IMG/VR virus record: IMGVR_UViG_3300017707_000475 | Span: 1 to 49,710 of that record | Length of the DNA: 49,710 bases | DNA from: a virus | Taxonomy: Duplodnaviria > Caudoviricetes | Strand: one strand, 5' to 3' | Shown here: positions 31,294 through 39,509 of the stretch, piece by piece | How positions within the stretch are numbered: the first letter of the stretch is position 1 | Layout: the number at the start of each line of letters is the position of its first letter | The notes under the pieces: generated by a model | Seen by the model: only the letters and a program-made list of their open reading frames with translations | Told to the model about the DNA's origin: nothing | Database searches by the model: none | Made by a program: the position numbers and the translations under genes

Positions 31294-31725
31294 TCCCGAG
31301 CCCCGTGCTCGTCCCTACTCGTTGCATAAGTGAGGCCTCGACATTCTACACCATCGCCGGGTATGACCCGATGACATCAGCACTCAGATTGACCGTGTAG
31401 GTGGGTTCATCCATACGAAACGGGAGCACTCTCGCCGAGTGATGTCTGATCCGCTTAGTCGCCACCCAGAGGCCTGAGAGCCCTCGACACGAGGTGGTCA
31501 CTCGATGACCGGAGACATCACTTCCACTAATCCGCAACGACACGACATGAGGTCGGTCGCCGAGGGATGTGGCTGACGCTGGCCTAGCAGACTCTAGGAG
31601 GGGATGCGTTGTTCTGGAGACAGACGACGTGGCACGCGAGTCATACCTGAGACCATGAGCTTCTTCTTCGTCCCGTCGTCTACCTTCTCACCCTGACGAA
31701 AGGGGGCGGGGCGTTCGCCCAATCT
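31294..31725 (+). ncRNA. Candidate large structured non-coding RNA
   Basis: No credible ORF. Nested helices include AGTGATGTCT(31438)/AGACATCACT(31513), AGACGACG(31622)/CGTCGTCT(31674) and CTACAC/GTGTAG, plus several hairpins. Confidence 0.5.
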
Positions 31726-31728
31726 GCA

Positions 31729-31797
31729 CCCGACCTGAGTCGGCAACAGAGAGAGCAGAGGAGCATCACCGACCGACCGACCTGAGTCGGCTAACAT
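31729..31797 (+). promoter_or_regulatory. Two operator copies plus -10 box
   Basis: CCGACCTGAGTCGGC at 31730 and 31777; the second is followed by TAACAT. Confidence 0.7.
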
Positions 31798-31816
31798 TCC
31801 ACCGACAGGAGAGCAG

Positions 31817-32158
31817 ATGAAACGATCAGGACCCATCAAGAGACGGACACCACTCAAGCGGTCGTCCGGGCTCAAGGCGAAACGCCAAGGCATCCCGAGC
31901 GACGTCCGATCCAGAGTCGCCATCAGAGATGGTGGCTGCCGAGGACGGACTCTCATTCCGGAACTCTCCTGCTGGGGGCGACTCGATCCCCATCACATCC
32001 TGCGTAGGTCACAGGGAGGACAAGACACCCCAGACAATCTGGTGACGCTCTGCCGGGCTCACCACGACTGGGTTCACGCCTATCCCGAGACATCACGCAC
32101 CCTCGGTCTGCTTCGCAGGCCAGACCCGAAAGGACCAACCAATGACCATGACCACTAA
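31817..32158 (+). CDS. HNH endonuclease
   Basis: RDGGC...DPHHILRRSQGG...NLVTLCRAHHDWVH. Confidence 0.85.
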   Translation: MKRSGPIKRRTPLKRSSGLKAKRQGIPSDVRSRVAIRDGGCRGRTLIPELSCWGRLDPHHILRRSQGGQDTPDNLVTLCRAHHDWVHAYPETSRTLGLLRRPDPKGPTNDHDH

Positions 32159-32606
32159 CCAACTCGACCTCTTCGGAGACCCAGTCCCTGAACGTCGCGA
32201 GATGATGCTCTGCCCCCATTGCTCGGGGCATGGCGTGATCCCGGTGGCTGAGGCCACCTCACGCACCTCCGATCCGAGCACCTCACGCGAGGCAGGCGAC
32301 CGTCAGACAGGCGATCCTCGGCGATTCCGAGCCACCTCACGGCAGGCTCGCGTCCTCGAGAGCCTGTTCCTCGAGCCCCAGACAGCGCAGGAGGTCGCCA
32401 TCTCTGTGGTCGGTCTCAATGCTCCCATCTCTGCGCTGGAGGGGACACGTCGACGGGTCTCCTCGCTCAAGCGGATCGGACTCATCGAGGAGTCGGGGCT
32501 GGAGCGCACCAATCCCGGAAGCCCGACCCCTTCTGCTGTGTACGAACTCACGACTGCCGGGCTCACAGCCCTCGCCACCCTCAGAGAGACAGGGTGGTCG
32601 ATGTGA
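32142..32606 (+). CDS. Winged-helix DNA-binding protein with N-terminal CxxC
   Basis: CPHCSGHG, RTSDPSTS, RRRVSSLKRIGLIE...VYELT. Confidence 0.65.
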   Translation: MTMTTNQLDLFGDPVPERREMMLCPHCSGHGVIPVAEATSRTSDPSTSREAGDRQTGDPRRFRATSRQARVLESLFLEPQTAQEVAISVVGLNAPISALEGTRRRVSSLKRIGLIEESGLERTNPGSPTPSAVYELTTAGLTALATLRETGWSM

Positions 32607-32953
32607 GCCGACTGCTCACGCAGGGCGAGATCGAGGCCAACATTGCCGACCTCTCCTCCCTGCTCGAGGAGCAGACCTACCTGTACGCGACCCAGTCAGA
32701 GGTCGCAGCCATCGCAGAGGCCGACTACAAGATCAGGATGGCGAAGGCCATCGTCGCCTTCGCCAATGATCCGTCCATCAAGATGACACAGCACGAGAGA
32801 CAGGCTCGGTGCGACCTGCATTGTGCAGCAGAGTTCCGAGATTGGAAACTCGCTGAGGCACAACGCCAGTCGACCAAGGAGGCTCTCCTCTCGCTCCGAT
32901 CCCGGTTGGATGCGATGAGGACTCTCTCAGCCAATGTCAGACACGCCACCTAG
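32603..32953 (+). CDS. Coiled-coil hypothetical protein
   Basis: Helical; ends RTLSANVR. Confidence 0.7.
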   Translation: MSRLLTQGEIEANIADLSSLLEEQTYLYATQSEVAAIAEADYKIRMAKAIVAFANDPSIKMTQHERQARCDLHCAAEFRDWKLAEAQRQSTKEALLSLRSRLDAMRTLSANVRHAT

Positions 32954-32964
32954 AAAGACCCCCA

Positions 32965-33198
32965 ATGACCAAGAACCAAGACGTCGACGAGTTGGAAAGA
33001 CTCGAGCGTCTCATCGCCCGAGGCATCAAGGCCTACGACCAGAGGAACGCTCTCATCGTTGCTCTGGTGGATCGTGGGCATCGGCAGGCCGATGTCGCTC
33101 GGATCATCAACAGAGTCCGAGAGAAGCTCGGAGTCCCTCTCATCACACCGGACGCAATCGCAGCGACCATCAAGAGAGTCAGAGGCTCCAATGATTGA
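32965..33198 (+). CDS. Small HTH-like regulator (paralog A)
   Basis: RNALIVALVDRGHRQADVARIIN...TPDAI; similar to 38626..38883. Confidence 0.7.
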   Translation: MTKNQDVDELERLERLIARGIKAYDQRNALIVALVDRGHRQADVARIINRVREKLGVPLITPDAIAATIKRVRGSND

Positions 33199-33223
33199 CC
33201 GACCGACAGGAGTCGGCTATGAT
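33195..33223 (+). promoter_or_regulatory. Promoter with palindromic operator, leaderless start
   Basis: TTGACC-17bp-TATGAT; spacer ACCGACAGGAGTCGGC; ATG at 33231. Confidence 0.8.
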
Positions 33224-33230
33224 TCCAACC

Positions 33231-33455
33231 ATGACGGAGACACGCATCATCAAGGAGGCCAGCGACGTGACCTCGGAGTGCCTGAAAGCAGCCGAGGACA
33301 TCTTCGAGGGCTGGTACGACAACGACGGGGAGCCCATCGACTGGATCGGGTTCCTCGACCGACTGGAGGCGTGGGGTTACTGCGCGACCGAAATCGAGAG
33401 CCCGGCAGTCCGGAAGATTCAGAGGCACATCCGCAACTTCAGACGGGAGTCGTGA
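33231..33455 (+). CDS. Hypothetical protein
   Basis: Leaderless ATG (MTETRIIKE...). Confidence 0.7.
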   Translation: MTETRIIKEASDVTSECLKAAEDIFEGWYDNDGEPIDWIGFLDRLEAWGYCATEIESPAVRKIQRHIRNFRRES

Positions 33456-33685
33456 CCGACCCCACAGCACCCGAACTCAGCGACATCTCTGACACACGTC
33501 GTCCGTACTGTGTCGCTGTCATCTACGACGGGGATGCCATCGAGATTGAGGTGCTCGCCCACTCAGCCATTGAGGCGATGGAGGAGGCCGAGAAGGCCAC
33601 CGCCGAGCTTCTGCCGGGCTGGACAGAACTCGTGCTCATCTGCGAGCCCGATTACCACCAACCACAGACAAGGAACCACCAATGA
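33452..33685 (+). CDS. Hypothetical acidic protein
   Basis: GTGA overlap; GGAG RBS. Confidence 0.55.
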   Translation: MTDPTAPELSDISDTRRPYCVAVIYDGDAIEIEVLAHSAIEAMEEAEKATAELLPGWTELVLICEPDYHQPQTRNHQ

Positions 33686-34056
33686 CAGACACGCCCGACC
33701 GGGAGCCCACGCAGAGGACATTCCTCTGGACAGGGCTCCGAACCAAGGTCTCCGAGACCAAGTGGATGAACACCGGGATGCGAGCCCTCAATGTCTCGTA
33801 CAACGACGGGACACACTCGGTCGCCTTCATCACCCACGATGGCAAGGATCGACGCCAGACGAACATCTGCGTCCATCAGTCCACCGAGATCACCATCGAC
33901 AGCGATGACGAGTTCGCAGCGACCATCCGTCTGCGAGCATCAGACGGAACTCCAGTCGCTGTCAACCTGTTCGGCATCACGCTCGAGCAGGTCGCAGATG
34001 CCATCGCATCAGCCATCGCCCAGAAGCACGAGCAGGCACAGGAGGCCTCAGCATGA
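33682..34056 (+). CDS. Hypothetical protein
   Basis: AAGGA RBS; ATGA overlaps. Confidence 0.7.
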   Translation: MTDTPDREPTQRTFLWTGLRTKVSETKWMNTGMRALNVSYNDGTHSVAFITHDGKDRRQTNICVHQSTEITIDSDDEFAATIRLRASDGTPVAVNLFGITLEQVADAIASAIAQKHEQAQEASA

Positions 34057-36509
34057 CCAAGCCCACCTTCGGGTCTCTCTTCGCCGGGGTCGGAGGCATT
34101 GACCTCGGCTTCGAGGCTGCTGGATGGGAGGGGAAGTTTCAGGTGGAGTGGGATGCCCATTGCCAACAGACCCTCGCGTACCATTGGCCTGATGTCCCCC
34201 GATGGGGCGACGTCTCAGATGTCTCGGGGGCAGAGTTGCCACCCGTCGACCTCATCACATTCGGGTCCCCCTGTCAGGACCTCAGCACCGCCGGGAAGCG
34301 AGCAGGCCTCATCGAGGGCTCCCGGTCCAACCTTTTCTTCCAAGCCACACGAATCATCAAGGAGATGCGAGATGCAACAGGAAACACTTTTCCCCGATGG
34401 GCTCTCTGGGAGAATGTTCCCGGTGCCTTCTCATCTAATCAAGGAGCCGACTTCGGGGCGGTCCTCGACGAAATGGCAGACCTCGGGGCTGTGGCTGTCG
34501 AGTGGCATTGCCTCGATGCACAGTTCTTCGGAGTCCCCCAACGCCGACGGAGGGTATTTGTCCTCGCTTGCTTCGATACTGGTATCCGCAAGCGAGGTCG
34601 ACAGCAAGTATTACCTGTCCCCGAAGGCCGCCGAGGGGATTCTGCGACGCGCCGACAGGCGAGGCAAGACTCTGCCCGAGCCTCTCAAGATCGCTCTGGA
34701 GGAACTGGCATCCAAGGCTTCCACGCCGACGACCGAGCAGCCGACCGAGGATGGGACAGCGACGAGACAGGCCTAGTCGGCTGTCTCGCAGCGACCGATT
34801 ACAAGGGCATCCGCAACCAGACCTTCGATGAGAACAAGGTCATCCTCGAGTTCGCCCCTGAGGAGGCGGTCATCCCTTTCGCTGAGGGGACATTCGGGAC
34901 CTACAAGGAGGGCGTCGCAACCCTCCGCGCACATGAGGGGACGGCAGGTGGTGGATCGGAGACGCTTCTCGTGATGCCCGATCCGCTCGCCTTTCAGCCG
35001 GGGCAGGTGCTCAGGCATGACCAGAACCTCTCCCCGATTGTCCCGACCCTGCGAGCACAGGGCAAGAGTGGGGACAACGAGCCCCACATCCTCGTCCCTG
35101 AGGACGTCGCTGTCTATGTGAAAGGCCGACGCGCTCACTCAGTCGATGACTACGAGACATGGGATGAGCAGGAGGTCGCACCGACGCTCAACTCTGCCGA
35201 CAACCGGACAGAGAGCAGGTCGACGGTCCTGATCCTCGATGGCACTCGTGTCGGCGAGGTGCGCGTGTACGAGGAGCCGATCCAGACGCTCATCAGTCGG
35301 ATGGGGACGGGTGGAAACAATGTCCCCATGATTGTGGTGGAGGAGCCAGAGCCAATTCTCCCGGTGCTGATGCGCCAGAGAGAGGGCAAGGCAGGAGGAG
35401 GCAAGGGTCCGCTCCTGAGCACCGACCTCTCCCCGTCGCTCGTGGCCTCCAACGAACTCGTCCTGTTCGCCCCGAGAGATGAGCCCATCTACTCCTTCGA
35501 CACCCAGTTCGGCTCCAATGCCTCGGTCATGGAGGACATCTCGCCAACCCTCAAGGCCACGCAGACAGCACCGTCCATCGCAATGGTGGAACCTGATCCA
35601 GTCCTCGCATGGGAGATCGGCTTCGGCTACAACTCTCGGGTCCGAGAGGACCTCGCCCCGACCCTGAGGGCAGGGCAGGATGGAGCGCAGATTGCGATCC
35701 CGGTGGAGCAGGTCGCTGAGTGGTGGGATGGATCACAGGTCGTCCCGACCCTGACCACGAACAGTTCCATGCAGCGGATGCCAGACAAGGGACAACTCTT
35801 CGCAGTCGTCCAGTCGACCGATGATCCGAGCCACATCGCCATCCCGATACAGGACGGGCGTGAGATCGAGAAGCACCAGAACGGCCTCGGCATCGGAGAG
35901 CCCGGCGATCCTGCGTACACGCTGGACAGGACAGGGGGACAGGCGGTCGCGCAGGAGGTGTACGCCTTCCCGTCCACCTTCTCCAATAGCACAGTCAGCG
36001 AGACAGCGTTCCCCACTCTCACGGTCGGAAGCTCAGTCGGCATCTCCTCGCCCCCAGCAGTCGCCTACAGCGAGGACGTCGTGCTCCCGATCTCACACGC
36101 AGCCCTCCGAGGAGGAGGAGTCGCCCTCACCCCATCACCGGATGGGCAGGGAGGCGAGTCCATCCGTCACCCCGGCTTCGGCCTCGGGGAGGATGGAGAC
36201 CCGATGTTCAGCCTCACAACCACACCCCCGGCAGTCGCCACCACAGAGAAAGACACACCAATGACAGACACGCCCCAGCCGAAACTCGTCGTGAGACGAC
36301 TCACCCCCATCGAGTGCGAACGCCTCATGGGATGGCCTGACAACCACACCCTCTACCGAGCCGATGGCAAGGAGAACAGCGACTCCACGCGGTACAAGAT
36401 GTGCGGCAATGGGGTCGCCTCGCCTGTCGCTGAGTGGATCGCGCACCACATCCTCAAGGCGCAGGAGAAGATGGACTCGGATCAGAGCGAGAGCGAGGTC
36501 GCAGAGTGA
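34053..36509 (+). CDS. C5 cytosine DNA methyltransferase with greatly expanded variable region
   Basis: Motifs I FAGVGG, IV GSPCQD, VI ENV, VIII QRRRRVF, IX RRLTPIECERLMG and X GNGV. Confidence 0.92.
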   Translation: MTKPTFGSLFAGVGGIDLGFEAAGWEGKFQVEWDAHCQQTLAYHWPDVPRWGDVSDVSGAELPPVDLITFGSPCQDLSTAGKRAGLIEGSRSNLFFQATRIIKEMRDATGNTFPRWALWENVPGAFSSNQGADFGAVLDEMADLGAVAVEWHCLDAQFFGVPQRRRRVFVLACFDTGIRKRGRQQVLPVPEGRRGDSATRRQARQDSARASQDRSGGTGIQGFHADDRAADRGWDSDETGLVGCLAATDYKGIRNQTFDENKVILEFAPEEAVIPFAEGTFGTYKEGVATLRAHEGTAGGGSETLLVMPDPLAFQPGQVLRHDQNLSPIVPTLRAQGKSGDNEPHILVPEDVAVYVKGRRAHSVDDYETWDEQEVAPTLNSADNRTESRSTVLILDGTRVGEVRVYEEPIQTLISRMGTGGNNVPMIVVEEPEPILPVLMRQREGKAGGGKGPLLSTDLSPSLVASNELVLFAPRDEPIYSFDTQFGSNASVMEDISPTLKATQTAPSIAMVEPDPVLAWEIGFGYNSRVREDLAPTLRAGQDGAQIAIPVEQVAEWWDGSQVVPTLTTNSSMQRMPDKGQLFAVVQSTDDPSHIAIPIQDGREIEKHQNGLGIGEPGDPAYTLDRTGGQAVAQEVYAFPSTFSNSTVSETAFPTLTVGSSVGISSPPAVAYSEDVVLPISHAALRGGGVALTPSPDGQGGESIRHPGFGLGEDGDPMFSLTTTPPAVATTEKDTPMTDTPQPKLVVRRLTPIECERLMGWPDNHTLYRADGKENSDSTRYKMCGNGVASPVAEWIAHHILKAQEKMDSDQSESEVAE
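34372..34776 (+). CDS. Nested alternative-frame ORF resembling the M.EcoHK31I beta subunit
   Basis: AAGGAG 7 nt before the ATG; DGLSGRMFP..SSTKWQTSG..LASIL..KYYLSPKAAEGILRRADRRGKTLPEPL. Confidence 0.7.
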   Translation: MQQETLFPDGLSGRMFPVPSHLIKEPTSGRSSTKWQTSGLWLSSGIASMHSSSESPNADGGYLSSLASILVSASEVDSKYYLSPKAAEGILRRADRRGKTLPEPLKIALEELASKASTPTTEQPTEDGTATRQA

Positions 36510-37090
36510 CCGCCCCACGCGAACTAGACAGTCTGATGACCGGGCTCCTCGACAATGCCATCGACATCTGGCGACGCGACAAGGTCGTGGCGACCTGCTC
36601 GTGGGCTCTCGGCGACAAGGCATCGGCCTTCGCCCAGCCCTTCGATGAGGACGGATGGAACATCAGCATCGAGACCCGTGCCGGGCTCCATGCCCTCGTC
36701 GCAGCCTGCGTCAACGCCAAGGTCATCGGACGAATCGACGAGACATGGACCAAGGCCATGTCCACAGATGAGGAGCCCCCGGTGCATGGCGAGCTTCAGG
36801 AGATTGCCGACATCGACCCCGAGGTCAAGACAGCCCTGTGCGTACAGGCATACGACCTGATCTCCGGAAGGTCCTACCTGCACATGGCGCACCTCGACCT
36901 CTTCGATGATGGGTCCGACCATTGGGTCAGGACATACGCAGACGACCCAGAGGGACGCATGGTGGGGCAGTCGCATCTCACAGCCCGAGCGATCCCGATC
37001 CTGACGGGAGGCGAGGATGTCTCACCTGACGTCGTGGAGCAGTTCCTCAACGCCCTGCACTGGACGATGGTCGTCGCGGAGTTCGCATGA
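36506..37090 (+). CDS. Hypothetical protein
   Basis: GTGA overlap with the methyltransferase stop. Confidence 0.7.
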   Translation: MTAPRELDSLMTGLLDNAIDIWRRDKVVATCSWALGDKASAFAQPFDEDGWNISIETRAGLHALVAACVNAKVIGRIDETWTKAMSTDEEPPVHGELQEIADIDPEVKTALCVQAYDLISGRSYLHMAHLDLFDDGSDHWVRTYADDPEGRMVGQSHLTARAIPILTGGEDVSPDVVEQFLNALHWTMVVAEFA

Positions 37091-37173
37091 TGTTCCTACT
37101 CAAGACCATCGGCATCTACACGGGCATCGCTCTCGTCGTCTACCTGCTCTGGAGGTGGCTGTATGAAGTGTGA
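37087..37173 (+). CDS. Possible 28-aa single-TM peptide
   Basis: MMFLLKTIGIYTGIALVVYLLWRWLYEV; GGAG RBS; fills the gap. Confidence 0.4.
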   Translation: MMFLLKTIGIYTGIALVVYLLWRWLYEV

Positions 37174-37693
37174 CCTCGCCGAGCAGATCGCGCACAAGGC
37201 GTTCTCCGGGGACAGGAGACACGACAGCCTCGCCAACCTCATGCAGGCTGGAGGCCAACTCGAGGCGCACTACCTGAGGATGTGTCCATGCTTCGGGTTC
37301 CCACCCGTGGACCGACTCCCGGTGCCAGAGCCGATCCGAGACACCAACCGAGAGCCCAAGGCAGAGCGACCCATCACTCATGGGGCGAGTGCCTATCGGA
37401 ACAAGAAGTGCCGATGCGACGTCTGCACGGAGGCCAACCGTCTCCAGAAGCTCAAGTACCGACCCAAGTCTGACTCCGTCAACATTCGCCTCGATGCCAC
37501 GCCCCTCATCAGCCTGCTGACCCGGCATGGTCGCCTCGAGGCCGTGGACAACGGACGGATCGGACAATGGCGCAAGAACGGCATCGACCTGTACGCCGCG
37601 GATCGGTGGTGCATCCGTCTCGGGTATCATCCCATCGAGGTCTGGGGACAGGCCTTCTACCTCGGAGCGACAGAGGAGGCAGTCGTTGGGTGA
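37163..37693 (+). CDS. Zinc-finger / HTH-type DNA-binding protein
   Basis: HGASAYRNKKCRCDVC motif; C-terminal ADRWCIRLGYHPIEVWG. Confidence 0.65.
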   Translation: MKCDLAEQIAHKAFSGDRRHDSLANLMQAGGQLEAHYLRMCPCFGFPPVDRLPVPEPIRDTNREPKAERPITHGASAYRNKKCRCDVCTEANRLQKLKYRPKSDSVNIRLDATPLISLLTRHGRLEAVDNGRIGQWRKNGIDLYAADRWCIRLGYHPIEVWGQAFYLGATEEAVVG

Positions 37694-37783
37694 CTTCATC
37701 GTCCAGATCATCAACATGGTCGTCCTCGTCTGGCTCGGCTGGTTCCTCGGTGGCGCAGGTGGGTATCGGCGAGATCGCTGACC

Positions 37784-38560
37784 ATGCCCCTCGGTAGCAG
37801 GACGCTCCTGACCCAGAACTCCGAACTCAGACCGGACGGCATCTGGAACTACGCCATCCCGGCATGGTATGTCACCCTCCCAGACCGTGGTCGCGTGATG
37901 ACCTGCCCCAACGCCGGGGCCTGTGCTCAGGTGTGCTACGCCCGAAACGGCACATACCGCTTCTCCAATGTCCTCGAGGCGCACACGCGCAACCTCACTC
38001 GGTACCTTGATGATCCCGGGCAATGGCTCTCCGATCTCCACGGGGAACTCGCCCAGCCCAAGTTCCGACCGACGGGCATCGCCCGGGCTGTCCCTGCTGG
38101 GCTCGACCCTGTCCTCCAGAGGTGGGCAGATCGAGGAGGTGTCGCGATCCGCATCCACGACTCGGGGGACTTCTTCTCGGAGGCATACCTGAGGGACTGG
38201 CTGCTGACTGCGACCCTGTTCAGCGACGTGCTGTTCTACGCCTACACCAAGGAGGTCTCCCTCCTCAAGGGCATCCCAGCCGAGGACATCCCCGGCAACT
38301 TCCGATACCTGTTCTCCACGGGTGGCCTCGAGGATCACCTCATTGACCCCGATGTGGATCGTCACGCCGATGTCTTTCCGGACGATGACGCTCTCCGATT
38401 GGCAGGGTACGAGAGCCAAGAGGCCTCGGACCTCCTTGCGATCCTGTTGAGGACCACTCGGATCGGCATCCCGGCGAACAACATTCCCCACTTCAACAAG
38501 AAGCTCGCAGGACGCAGGTTCTCCGAGATGGGTCGGCGTGGATTGACGTCGCGTGATTGA
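37784..38560 (+). CDS. GP88-like (radical-SAM-related) protein
   Basis: TCPNAGACAQVCYA, RIHDSGDFFS and FYAYTK motifs. Confidence 0.75.
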   Translation: MPLGSRTLLTQNSELRPDGIWNYAIPAWYVTLPDRGRVMTCPNAGACAQVCYARNGTYRFSNVLEAHTRNLTRYLDDPGQWLSDLHGELAQPKFRPTGIARAVPAGLDPVLQRWADRGGVAIRIHDSGDFFSEAYLRDWLLTATLFSDVLFYAYTKEVSLLKGIPAEDIPGNFRYLFSTGGLEDHLIDPDVDRHADVFPDDDALRLAGYESQEASDLLAILLRTTRIGIPANNIPHFNKKLAGRRFSEMGRRGLTSRD

Positions 38561-38573
38561 CCCGACCTGACAC

Positions 38574-38602
38574 TTGTCGGCATCACCTCTGACTGCTACC
38601 AT
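38574..38602 (+). promoter_or_regulatory. Promoter for the modification/packaging operon
   Basis: TTGTCG-17bp-TACCAT; a CCGAC-N9-GTCGG variant overlaps the -35. Confidence 0.55.
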
Positions 38603-38625
38603 CGCAGCAGGACAGAGAGAGACAG

Positions 38626-38883
38626 ATGACGACCACCCCTCCCCCTCCCCGATCATCCCGGGAACAGAAGCTCGAGGCACTCGAGCGAGAGATCATCAAC
38701 GGTCAGCGAGCCCTCATGGAGCGCAACCGTCTCGTCGTGGAACTGGTAGCGGCAGGGTACACGCAGGCCGACATCACTCGGCGACTCAATCGCCAGAGGG
38801 CAGCCCTATCGGCTGACCCCCTGACCCCAGATGCGATCCATGTGATCCTCAAGAGAGCCACCCAGAAGGAGCAGACCAAGTGA
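38626..38883 (+). CDS. Small HTH-like regulator (paralog B)
   Basis: RNRLVVELVAAGYTQADITRRLN...TPDAI. Confidence 0.7.
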   Translation: MTTTPPPPRSSREQKLEALEREIINGQRALMERNRLVVELVAAGYTQADITRRLNRQRAALSADPLTPDAIHVILKRATQKEQTK

Positions 38884-39509
38884 AAGTCATACAGCAGGAG
38901 TTCGACCCGTCCATCCCGGTGTCCAGCCTCGAGGAGCACCCCGACAACCCGCGTCGGGGCGATGCCAAGGCGGTCAACGAGAGCATCACGGCCAATGGGT
39001 TCTACGGCGCAATCCTCGTCCAGAGATCGACAGGACGGGTGCTGGCAGGCCACACCCGACTCAAGGCAGCCAAGAAGTCCGGGGCAACCTCAGTCCCCGG
39101 CATCTGGCTCGATGTGGACGACACGCAGGCCAAGCGCATCCTTCTCGCCGACAACCGGACGAGCGACCTCGCGTACTATGACGACGATGCGCTCTTCTCC
39201 GTGCTCGGGTCCATCCTCGAGGAGGACGACACCCTCAAGGGAACAGGCTATGACGACGCCACCTACAAGCTTCTGCTCAACACGGAGGTCGAGACGGACA
39301 AGCCATTCGTCGGCAATGTCCAGCAGGTCCACACCCCCGGCGATCGCGAGCCAATCTACGAGTCGCACGACATCCGATCCATCATCCTGCCGTATGTGGG
39401 CGAGGTGTACGACGAGGTCGTCACCAACCTGACCACCCTGCGAGCCGAGTTCGATGTCAAGACCAACGCCGACGTCGTCCGTCACCTGCTCCAGAAGGCC
39501 GTCATCTAG
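38880..39509 (+). CDS. ParB/Srx N-terminal domain protein
   Basis: HPDNPRRGD..SITANGF..VLAGHTRLKAA..LADNRTSDLA. Confidence 0.88.
   Translation: MKVIQQEFDPSIPVSSLEEHPDNPRRGDAKAVNESITANGFYGAILVQRSTGRVLAGHTRLKAAKKSGATSVPGIWLDVDDTQAKRILLADNRTSDLAYYDDDALFSVLGSILEEDDTLKGTGYDDATYKLLLNTEVETDKPFVGNVQQVHTPGDREPIYESHDIRSIILPYVGEVYDEVVTNLTTLRAEFDVKTNADVVRHLLQKAVI

Noticed and set aside
31690-31705. CTGACGA-AAG resembling a hammerhead ribozyme core
   Set aside because: No stem II between CUGANGA and GAAA; it folds as a simple hairpin.
31294-32158. Structured RNA plus HNH as a HEARO/IscB-like RNA-guided system
   Set aside because: The HNH protein is only 113 aa with no RuvC or PLMP motifs and has its own operator and -10 box. 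A functional link is not excluded but is unsupported.
34770-36245. Methyltransferase insertion as an intein or intron
   Set aside because: No Cys/Ser start with His-Asn end and no homing endonuclease motifs; the frame is continuous and modular.
37100-38680. 526-aa minus-strand ORF
   Set aside because: Antisense to well-supported + strand genes in GC-rich DNA; no motifs.
38880-39509. ParB as part of a parABS partition system
   Set aside because: No ParA and no parS-like array; the context is DNA modification and packaging.
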